Source of the DNA: Perkinsus chesapeaki ATCC PRA-425
Lineage: Eukaryota > Protista > Perkinsozoa
Reading direction: 5' to 3'
Length of the DNA stretch: 64,000 bases
Assembly: GCA_013115145.1 (NCBI GenBank)
Contig: JAAPAO010000107.1
Span: forward strand, 1 to 64,000
Below the pieces are notes generated by a model. That model was not told where the DNA came from, did no database searches, and saw only the letters and a program-made list of their open reading frames with translations. Positions within the stretch are counted from its first letter, which is position 1. Every line of letters begins with the position of its first letter. A program made the position numbers and the translations under genes. Positions 36,583-46,849 of this stretch are shown here, in pieces.

Positions 36583-37599
36583 CTATCTTGATAACACCTT
36601 CTCCACAGCCGCGCCAGCATCAATCAATCCAAATGGAAGGGTAACTCTCGGAGTGAGTTGAATACCCTTCCTAGAGGTACTCTTGATGATTTGTTTGACT
36701 TCAACGGGAGACAGATTAGGGTTGAGACTGTAAAGCATTGCAGCCACACCCACAACGATGGCAGATGCTGCTGAAGTCTTATAGGCGACACCATAGTGCA
36801 TAACATCGTTGTTGTATGTAGTAAAAATTTTGTCACCTGGTGCAGCAATGTCCACGCAATCTCCAAAGTTCGAGAACCCTTCCAACTTCATTTCAGTCCT
36901 TTCTGTCGCAGCCACACATAACATTCCACGTAGTCGCTCAGTTAGAGCGCATGGATATCTCTTATCTTCGGTGATATTAGTCGCATTATTTCCAGCGGTC
37001 ACGATAACGAGCATTCCTGCTGCTATCGCTTGCTCAATCTTTTCTGCTAACTGTGGTAACGGTTCAGTGCCAGAAAAGGGCAAATGGATCACTTTAATAT
37101 TACTTGCATCCTTCTTGTTAATGGCGTATTCTACCGCGTTGGCATAGACCCCATCAGTCCATTGGTCTTCCATGGAGATCGGCATAATGTTAACAAGGTT
37201 CGTGACACCAGCAATACCGATAGAATTATTGGTAGTAGCGCCAAATATACCGGCCATCGACGTACCATGCCCATGCTTGTCAGGAGTATTGGTAGTTTTG
37301 TCAATGACATTATAACCCTTGACAAGACTTCCGACTAGGTCGGGATGGTCTGGTTTAACTCCGGTATCTAATGAGGCTACTGTAACTCTCTTCCGTGATG
37401 GGACCGATGCCATGCGCCTCCACGCTGACGGTATACCAACAAAATTAAAGTATGGTTCCTGATCGTCGTAGAAGGGGTCGTTTACAGGGGGACCATTTTC
37501 GATACCGACTCCAACTCCCCGTGCTTGTCGAATAGCCACTATTGTGGAGAAGGGGTACACCAGGAAGAATAAGCGGGAGCGTAAATTTAGCCCATTCAT
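36583..37599 (-). CDS. Subtilisin-like (S8, thermitase-type) serine protease 1
   Basis: LDTG, HGHGT, AGNN, YKTSAA; NDP..Q mature start; TNNSIGIAG Ca loop; likely ATG 37599. Confidence 0.93.
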   Translation of the reverse strand: MNGLNLRSRLFFLVYPFSTIVAIRQARGVGVGIENGPPVNDPFYDDQEPYFNFVGIPSAWRRMASVPSRKRVTVASLDTGVKPDHPDLVGSLVKGYNVIDKTTNTPDKHGHGTSMAGIFGATTNNSIGIAGVTNLVNIMPISMEDQWTDGVYANAVEYAINKKDASNIKVIHLPFSGTEPLPQLAEKIEQAIAAGMLVIVTAGNNATNITEDKRYPCALTERLRGMLCVAATERTEMKLEGFSNFGDCVDIAAPGDKIFTTYNNDVMHYGVAYKTSAASAIVVGVAAMLYSLNPNLSPVEVKQIIKSTSRKGIQLTPRVTLPFGLIDAGAAVEKVLSR

Positions 37600-39745
37600 G
37601 GCAACTAGAATTATGTGTAAATTATGCGAGTTATTATGAGGCCTTAGCCGTGACGCTCCACGCGCCATGCTGTCTATTTGATCTATTTAAGCATAGCCCG
37701 TCCATTCCCCTGATGCTACTCTTTGATATCGTTTCATCCCATCCCTCGGAAATAAACCCTAGACTATTGCGTTCGTCAACCCATGTCCTACAATCTGGTA
37801 GCAGCTCCTTGCTATGGTCGACGCTCCCTCACGATATACTTCACTATCTGCCCGGTTAGGTTGTACGCGCAGTTGAACGTATCGACAACGCAATAGTGTC
37901 TTTTATTCTTCTCAAGCAGTAACCGTATCCGGGCATCTTCCGGGCGGCATAGGGTGGGCGGGATAAACCGAGAGCACGGTGCAACTAGGGCGAGTCTCTC
38001 ACGCAGATGACCGGCCCCTCTAGTAGACTTGTTGTAGGATTCTGCGCAGTCTATGTGCATGTGTGCTATAATAATCTATAGCTAAGCGGCCGGCGCGGTT
38101 GGGTATCGCCTGCCCTTGGTGTGTTCTTGGTTATCACTCCTATCTCTAGCGTGAGCTAACTATCCCTCAAGGTCCCTCCTGTTGTGTTAACGAATCTGAG
38201 CCTCTAGTTCTACATCAACTAACTAGTTCACCGAACCCAATAACAGACTCTTCGAAACCGTAAGCGCATCACGTTCGCACAACACATAAAATCTCCTCAA
38301 CGTATGCGCCAGAACCGCTAGAAACAATGGGCGAGTTGCGAGGACCGACGGATCGCTAATGGAGGTAGAAGCAGAAAGCTTCGCCGACAACCCCCAACGT
38401 CGTAGTGATCCAACGGCGCGTCGCAACTCCCCATGTTTCGCTCAGTCGAGGGTAGCTCGGGTTGATGCTTAAAATATACGGCAAGCCTTGCCGGGCGAGG
38501 CAAGACTTAGTTCGCTGCTTTATTACGACTCGGCTACAGTTCAGCTGCGAGCAATGCTGGGTTTAGCGAATTACCGCAATTTAGTTGATAATCGTATTTT
38601 CCTCTTCCTGACATGGACCGAGTTATAATATATGGCTTTGCCGCGGTTCAGCGACGTTTTTTAGATTGCGGTGTAGGTTTTGATGGGCCAGGGGCCCTGG
38701 CCCAGGGCCATGGACCAAGGCCGTACTATTGTATAATCTGTACACGATGATTGTATGATCGATGAGGCGCCGTTCAGTAGCAACCGCTTTTCCCGTAGAC
38801 TGAGGCTCGATCACGTGAGAAGTGGTTAGTCACTCAACTGCTTGGGAAGTACTATTTCCATAACAGACGCATAGAGCAGCATCACCCTAAGAGAGGCTCG
38901 TATGGTACAGCTTATTCCTGGTAAAATGCGAATTTAGCGTTAGTGCTCTGTAGGACTTGTTTGGGTACAAGTTTACGCGCCGAATTTGATCGCCTGGGGA
39001 TCATCGCCGATCTCCTCAGTTGAGTGTCATTGTTCTTTGAACGACGTCGAGACCCACACATTTTTTCGTATGCTGTCCTCAGTAGTTGACATTAGACTTG
39101 CTTACCAGCTGGCTGGTGATATTAGAGCTTAGATACAATCGAGGTAATCGTTGAGATATTCTGCGGATTGGACATGTTTCAACAATGGGAAAATCCAAGA
39201 AGAGGAAATGATACGCTGTGGTGATACATTGCCTGCCTAAGAACATCTGAGCACAACTCGCACGCTTGAAGAGGTGACATCATTTCATGGCAGAGGAGCT
39301 CGAAACGCCGGCAAGCGAGAATTCAAGCGATCGGACTGGAGCATCTTAACACGGGATCAAATTCAGAATCTTGTCGGATTGGGGTAGGCAAAATGCTCCA
39401 ACGCGTATGCTCGATGCGAAAGGCTATGAAGCTCTCAGCGGCACTCTCTGGGAAGCTTCTTCAGCAATATGAACAGCTTCCGCAGGTTTCTCAGGTACGA
39501 TGCTAGTTTTTCAGTGTATGACGTACGACAGATAAGTTTCTGCATTGCTCCATCATCAACGCCTAAGCCATCAATTCAAGAAGAACGGCGGATAAGTTTG
39601 GTTGACAGAGAGATAGTGCGCTTCCCTGCTCTGTCGCATACGAACTAGCTCCACTGGAGTTAGGACACATGCCCTCGTAGGGAGCGCGAGTGACTTTCGC
39701 GTTCCCCTACGTTTCTAGGAATAACCACGGGGAGGTCTCTGAGCG

Positions 39746-40378
39746 CTATTCCCGTACTTCTTGATTAATTCTATACGGCCCTGAACTCGCTCCATGACTG
39801 GACCTACACGGAGGCTGGAAATATTCCCTCGCAGGAAGCCCGGCGAGCTCCGTGGGAGTGTCTAATCTCAACGTGTAGTCACCTTCGGAAACAGACCTTT
39901 TATCTCTGTGGTGGATGGCGTAGTCTACGCTGTCGCACAAGACTTGCTCAAAAATTTCAAGTTCCACAGCAATAGGCATGATGTTGACGAGGTCCATGAC
40001 ACCTGCAACACCGAGAGAGTTGTTAATAGTAGCACCAATAACACCAGACATTCTTGTACCATGTCCAAACTTGTCAGCGGTATTAGTGGTCTTAGTAACC
40101 ATATTATAGCCCGGAATAAGATTGACCAGGTCGGGATGGTCTGGTCTAACTCCAGTATCGACCAGGGCTACAGTAACCTTACTTCTTTTCGCTGGGGCCG
40201 AAGCCATACGCTCCCACGCTGTCGGTACGCCAGTGAAACCGAGGTAATATTGCTGAAGATGATAAAGAGGGTCGTTCACAGGAAAGTCCTCTGCGAGATC
40301 GACCACATCTCGCCCGAACAGTCTAGAAGTTACTATTCTGCTGATGACGCAAACGGCAGTGAGAAGGCGGTTACACAT
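39746..40378 (-). pseudogene. Truncated subtilisin 2 (N-terminal half only)
   Basis: Signal peptide, VDTG and FGHGT are present; homology to paralogs stops at DYAIHHRDK (about 39902); no oxyanion Asn or catalytic Ser segment found. Confidence 0.85.
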
Positions 40379-41426
40379 GTTTTGAACAAGGAACCAGCTA
40401 TTTGGGTTTACACTACGTCTCGCTTGTCATGTGAGGGAGCCCCTGTGACGCTCCATTACTGGTGAAGGATCCATCGATAGGATGCTGTTTGCGATTTGCC
40501 TAAAAGAGTAGGATGTCTGTAGCTGTGCGCCACAAACACACCAATGCTGTTCTTGTTCAACCGGCATACCATGCCTGACAAGTCAGCTTATGTGGTACGG
40601 AAAATGTTTGTTGGTCGCGAAGTACGTTGCCACACGAGGTCACCTGCATTTACGAAATTCGCTACTCCAGCGGCTGTTCACGTGGCTTTTTTTATAAATT
40701 TCAGTTCAAAGATCATCGATCGTGGTCATCCGATTTTGTTCATCCAAGAGGCTAGGATAAAGGCCAGAAAGCAAAGCCTTAGCGGCTCAACTACTTGACG
40801 GTGCATCTGCGTTGCGGAGGGTGAAGTCGCCGATATGGTATCATATGGAGCGTCTCCATGAATTCGGATTCCTCAGATACGTCGTATCACTCTACCGTGC
40901 ATGCTTAACGCGATAGGAGGTCGGGTTTCTAGAGCATGAGAATCAGAGACTAAACGATCGTTGACGCAGGACGCGAGTTGTCTCACCGCTCTGTGAGCAT
41001 AACAGAGGAGACTCCACGTGAGCCAGTCGTGGAGGACACGGGGACAGAACAGGCTCGACTGGTGACAGGACTACTGCTCAGTTAATGGTGGTAGGACAAT
41101 GGACGAGTTTCCTATCACCAATGGTACACGAACAAGAGAGTATTTCTCACCAGCCTCGTGACAATCATCAAGTACTCTCCGAGACAATCATCTCCCGCTT
41201 CCGCGTTACCGACGGATCTGTCTAGTATCTGAGTGGCCAAAAGAGACATGCTAACACCAATAAAAGCAGTCAAAGCCACCAGCAGTACAGCAATCATTGA
41301 GATACGTTATGTAGTACTCTCTGTACATCGCGATTAACGATTGGAAACGGTCGCATGCCATTAGAACGAGTCCGCCGCTTGCACCCCCAAGACTTGGCGA
41401 TAGGAAGTTGTTGGGGTTTCTGTGAG

Positions 41427-41554
41427 GCACAGTTGAGTTCATCCCACCCGAAGTTCTCTGAGCAGCCGTCCTCGATCCTAAGAGCGTTGCTTATCATGAA
41501 CGATGTGACATGTGGTTACTCGGTATTGTTATCTATGCCTTGTGCTACAATCGG
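41427..41554 (+). pseudogene. Orphan degraded copy of the kinase exon at 31291-31418
   Basis: 128-bp copy of GCACAGTTGAGTTC...TGTGCTACAATCGG with the GTAAGATC donor retained and an in-frame TGA at 41459. Confidence 0.9.
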
Positions 41555-42224
41555 GTAAGATCTTGTTTCTCAAATGGGCCATTCGAAATGGCATCTAATG
41601 TATCTCGACGCAGCAAATCGCTGCCAGCAATACGGCTTCATAGTCTCGTAATGAAATTATTGGCTTCAAGGTTTTTAGCTGAGCAAGGACAACGCTCTCA
41701 GTACCCTTCACGTGCCGGTATATAATGATCTAGGCATAATTCAGACTAGCCAAAGAGCTCCAACGTGCATGTTTGACACGACAGAAGGTAAGACTCTCAG
41801 CTCTACCACTTTAGGAAGACTTTCTACGAGAGAACCTCAAGATATAATGGTATACAGCCTGTAAAATACAGGGCCAGTTGCAGTGGGACACTGACATAAT
41901 AATAATCTCGTGGTCGTGGCCGCGACTCAATTCGATCGAGCTTGGTTATAAAAATTGACCTGAGCGACAACTCGGTAAGTTCGGACCGGGTCTTGCGGGC
42001 TATGGAACTTGTCGACGTTAGGTGTAGAGGCGATGACTAGAAAGAACACTACACTTGCAGTCTAACCGGAAACTAAAGCCCTTTACTATGTGGGCGAGCG
42101 TTCCACGGACAGCGCGATTGACGCATTATCATGTTGGCTTTTGCCGAAGATAAAAGAAATTCATCGAAGAGAATTATCAATGAAGATTTAAAAAGTGACT
42201 TCCCTCCAAATAGTAAAGATATGT

Positions 42225-43217
42225 TCATAACAGCTTCGCCACAGCCGCGTCGGCATAGACCAACCCGAATTCCAGTGGGATACCAGGAAAAAGCTTTATA
42301 CCCTTTTTAGAGGTATCCTTGAGGAGTTCCTTCGCTTCAATAGGAGATAGATTCGAGTTGATGCTGAAAAGGATTGCCGCAACACCAGCAACGATGGCAG
42401 ATGCCGCTGAAGTTCCAGAAAACTCACCGTAAGGCTGACTCAGCAGAGTCGTTTTGATAGACTTACCAGGCGCAGCAATGTCAACATAATTTCCGTAGTT
42501 GGAGAAGGCCGCCAATGTCATGTCAGTGCTGTCTGTCGCAGCAACACATAACATTCCTGGCACCCGCCTAGTTAGAGAGCACGGATACCTTCGGGCTCTC
42601 GTGATATTCTCGGCATCATTCCCAGCGGTGACGATAACAAGTATCCCCGCCGCTACCGCTTCTTGGATCTTTTCCTCTACCTTCATTCTCAACACTAGGC
42701 CAGAAATAGGCATAAGGATTACTTTGATATTCATTGCATCCTTGTGGCGAATGGCGTAATCAATGCTATCAGCTTCGGCCTTTTCATCGAAGTGTTTTTC
42801 CAAAGAAATGGGCATGATGTTGACAAGGTCTGCGACACTAGCAATACCGATAGAGTTATTGATAGTAGCACCGACGACACCCGCCATCATTGTACCGTGT
42901 CCACTCTTGTCAGATGTATCCGTAGTTTTCTTAATAACATTATAACCGGGAACAACATTTCCAACTAGGTCAGGATGGTCTCGTTCAACTCCGCTATCGA
43001 TAAGAGCTACCGTAACCTTCCTTCTTGCTACTGTGGCCGAAGCCATACGCTCCCACGCTGCCGGTACACCAGCTAATTTTAAGTAGGGTCTCTGTTGGCT
43101 GTATAAAGGGTCGTTTACAGGCAGATCATTTGCTTTACCGGCTACACTCCCTTCAGCCTGCCTTACAATTACCCCTGAACAGATGAGAGTCAGCACGGTG
43201 AGGAGTCGGTGGCACAT
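42225..43217 (-). CDS. Subtilisin-like serine protease 3
   Basis: IDSG, SGHGT, AGND, SGTSAA; signal peptide. Confidence 0.95.
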   Translation of the reverse strand: MCHRLLTVLTLICSGVIVRQAEGSVAGKANDLPVNDPLYSQQRPYLKLAGVPAAWERMASATVARRKVTVALIDSGVERDHPDLVGNVVPGYNVIKKTTDTSDKSGHGTMMAGVVGATINNSIGIASVADLVNIMPISLEKHFDEKAEADSIDYAIRHKDAMNIKVILMPISGLVLRMKVEEKIQEAVAAGILVIVTAGNDAENITRARRYPCSLTRRVPGMLCVAATDSTDMTLAAFSNYGNYVDIAAPGKSIKTTLLSQPYGEFSGTSAASAIVAGVAAILFSINSNLSPIEAKELLKDTSKKGIKLFPGIPLEFGLVYADAAVAKLL

Positions 43218-44330
43218 AATCGAACGAGGAATCGTTTACCTGGTTTCACTGCGTCTCCCTTGTCCCATGATGGAGCTTCCTGTGGCGCTCCACCGTTGGC
43301 GGAGGCTCTATGAGTTGAATCCTACTATGATGCGGTACATTTGCTGGACGTCAGTTACTTGTGGCTTACGCGCACCCCACTGCGGTTCAAGTATAAGTTT
43401 TCGCGTCTTACACTGCTACTCAGCCTATCCTGCCGGCTGGAAAGTGTTTCGCAGTTGCAGACAGGAGGATCTTGCCACACGAAGTCACTCACATTGACGA
43501 AGTTCGCTACTCTCGAAGCTGGTCACCTGGCTTCATCATGTTTGTTCACAGATCATCGATCGTGTTTGCCTCATTTTAGTGATTCACGGGGCTAAGAGGA
43601 ACCTTATTCGAGAAGTCCTTGAGAGGCCGAGAGGCAAAGCCATAGTGGCTTAACTGCTGTGTAGCTAAATTGGGGAAGGATCGCCCAAATGGTATCCTAC
43701 GGAGGGTCTCTATGATGTTGGATACGCCGAGTTTTCTTAACATGCATTTTTAACGCGATAAAGGGTAGTGTTCCAGGAGCACGAGAATCGTAGGTTGATC
43801 AAGCAAGTTGTGAGGACCATGACTAGAACGACCACGTTCTCTCGTCGCCTTATGAGTATACCAAAGAAGGCTCCACGTGAGCCAGTCATGGAGCCTTATG
43901 GGGACAGGACAGGCTCGACTGGTGACAGGACTTCCATCCACTAAACGCCGGAAGGACAGCAAGTAATAGTTTTGTCTTCTTCTATATACACAGAGATGAG
44001 TGGTCACGTCCTAATGATGCAGATTGCTTCTGTCGAGGAGTTCTCGAAGCGATCATCCCTCGATGGTCGGTTCTCGTTGCTTCGTTCTCTCTTTGAAGGT
44101 TGGTCCCTATGTTTCTACAGTACACATACACCGCAATATATATGTTAGCCTTTCACGTTTGCAACCGTTCTACTAAGAGTCCTTCCAATCTACACTTTGT
44201 GAGACTTCATGACTTGCCGAGCATTTAATTGATCATCCGAGCCTTATTTCTGAGTCAGTTGAGAAATTAAGGTTCCTCGAAGATTTATTCAATTTTTGTG
44301 GATGTGCCAGATTTCTTCAATCGCCCGCCT

Positions 44331-45175
44331 ATGGACTTCCAAACGCAGCTCGCGCGCTTAAAGTCTATCCGAGAGGCCCTCGAGGCGCCGGAACGTAAAG
44401 CCTCTGCAGCTACCCGACTGGACCCTGCAGCATTATTACAGGAAGAATGGGATCGTATTAAGGCTCTCCATCAACTTGGACTAGCGAAAGTGCTTGAAAA
44501 CGCCTGTTCAACGCGAAAGGGGAGAGAACGCTTGGACCACGAAAGACATGAATCAAACAAGGAAAATGCTGTGCCGCCGCTCTCTGAAGAGAGTATCCCA
44601 AAGAAGAGTCCTCTCCGCGAGCTAGTAGTGAATGCTCCGAGACTACCAGCAAAATGGGGGCAGGACAGGCCTCTCTCTTCCGAGCCAATGTGGCGAGACA
44701 CCGACGACATTGTCCTGGACTCAGATGCCATGAGAATTCTCATACCTGCAGAGTATCATGTGGCAATTGGCGTGAATGAGTACAATGAATGCTTTAAAGA
44801 TGTTAATGAGAGATGTGAGTTCACTAGCTGGCACACTACGATTTATTATGGGAGATAATTGCGTTGGTGTGGCGACGACCAGGAATGCTTCCATGTTTCA
44901 GTGAGACACATAGAAGAGAGGCTATTCGACGCTTCACGGAACCATGACGTGCATAGCCCTTGGAAACAAGCGGGTCCCGGCACGACCTTACTATCTCAGG
45001 ATGAGCGTACGGAACCAAATTCTAATTACTAGCTTCAGTGTCTCTGTGCAGATAATGCCGATGAAGAAGCGCACAGTCATAGTCACCAATTGCCGGTTGA
45101 AGGTGCGAATGCACAGATACGGCAGAGTGTGCTCACTGAAGTATCGAAGACATATGTTTCTATTGTATAGGTCTA
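44331..45175 (+). CDS. Hypothetical coiled-coil protein, multi-exon
   Basis: 186-codon ORF (ATG 44331) ending at a GTGAG donor near 44815; plausible short downstream exons; end approximate. Confidence 0.6.
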
Positions 45176-46849
45176 AGGCTGATTCCGGCTTCTCAGGTAT
45201 CGCCAGTTTCATCCATCAGATCGCCATCCTTGCTTCACCGCATGGGGGAGCTGGAGGCAGAGATGATAAACGCTCAGCACAGCCTCGAGCATTTGAGAAA
45301 TCTGATTCCTTCGGATAATGAGAAGGACTCGCAGGTTCACGAGGAGCTCGGACAGGTCAGTTTTCATTAGGGAGCCTAGACTGGGTCTCACGTCATTGGC
45401 GAATACATGGGTTTCCATTGAGGGTGCTCCTAGGCACTCAGAAGCGGTATGCCTAGCGTTTCGGAAAATGCTTTCTGAAGGATAAGCGAGTGAGTCTGTG
45501 TGAGTTTATGCCCCATCGCCAATGGCTTGGTTAGACTGTTCATTCTCTATGCAACGGCCTCCGAGGTGTGAGCCGTTATCATATTGATGGTCCCGATTTG
45601 GGACTAACGATCGCCTTCTTCTCAGCATCTCAACATCGCTAGGGGAAGGCATCGCGCAGAGCCACGTATTTACTCTGAGAGACTGCGCTATCGCTCAAGT
45701 ACTGATACTGCTATACTCCGAGTTCCTTCTGACATGTCTGTAACACTACAGCGATTTCGAGCTCGCATAAGGCGCAAGAGAGCAAAATGAATGTGTAATC
45801 ATCCTTATGGATGATTTTTGAACGTACAAGGTTGCTAATTGTTGCGTTCGCGGGCGAGAATGAGAATCCATGAGCTCTTTCTAGGGGCCTCCAAGTCTCT
45901 AGTACCAACTCACTGGTACTACCCCAAGGGAAGAATGGAAAGGAACTCCTTCTAGGCAGAACTCCCTCCGCGGCTGCTGTTCAGCCAGCGAGCTAGTAGA
46001 CCTGAGGGCCTCTGGTACGGGCATGCCCAATCAGTTGAGACACACCGGGTCCAGGTCACCGACTCAATGCAGCTTGTGTATTAAGCCTAGGCATATGCAG
46101 GGAATTATTGGTGCTGCATGAAAGTATTGATCTCGGTGGAGTACTTACAGGCTGTAAATTCTCCAGCTAACCCTGTAGGTTACAGATTTGGTTCGAAGTT
46201 GAACTATGCATATACGCTCACAAGTTGGTATCTGCGCAATCGCGTATGAACAAGGCGTAACAACAGTGTGCTGGAAGATAGTCATTTTAGTCCTACTGCG
46301 GAACCTTGAGAACGTTTCTTTGAAAAGGCAGCACGAAATCGTGTTTATTCGCAATTGACATGTCCAGTCTGCATGGAGCTAGGTCATAAGTACGGATTAT
46401 GGTTCGTCGTGGAATCAATTGAGGATTCCTCATCGAAGAGCGGCCCACTTAGTTCCACCACTTAGGGCTTATTACGGTTAGACTCTTTCAATGGTAGCCG
46501 GCCCGGTGGATCCCCTAGAAGTGCATGGGCTGCCGCAGTGGGCCTGGAACAACCTCAATGAGGCCTTGGATACTCTCGGGAGCAAAGTGAGGAGATATTT
46601 CTCAACTCGCATGGCGCAACTTTTTCGTAGGAAGAAGACGCTCATCTCTCGCCGATAATGTTTTCCATCCGTACTCGCCTCATTGAATGTGACACAAAGA
46701 CTCAAGTACAGATCGGCCAGAGTATTAGTCATCCAACGGTGAGCTGCAGTAGCCCGTCCGGCCCCGCTGTTCCACTTCCCGAGGAACGTACAAAAAGTAC
46801 GCACGTATTGGAGTAGAAAAATTAGCTCTGGCTCGACGCTCAGCACCGA

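Noticed and set aside
41459-41461. In-frame TGA as selenocysteine or recoding
   Set aside because: It replaces Arg (CGG) in an isolated exon copy that has other substitutions; pseudogenisation is the simpler explanation.
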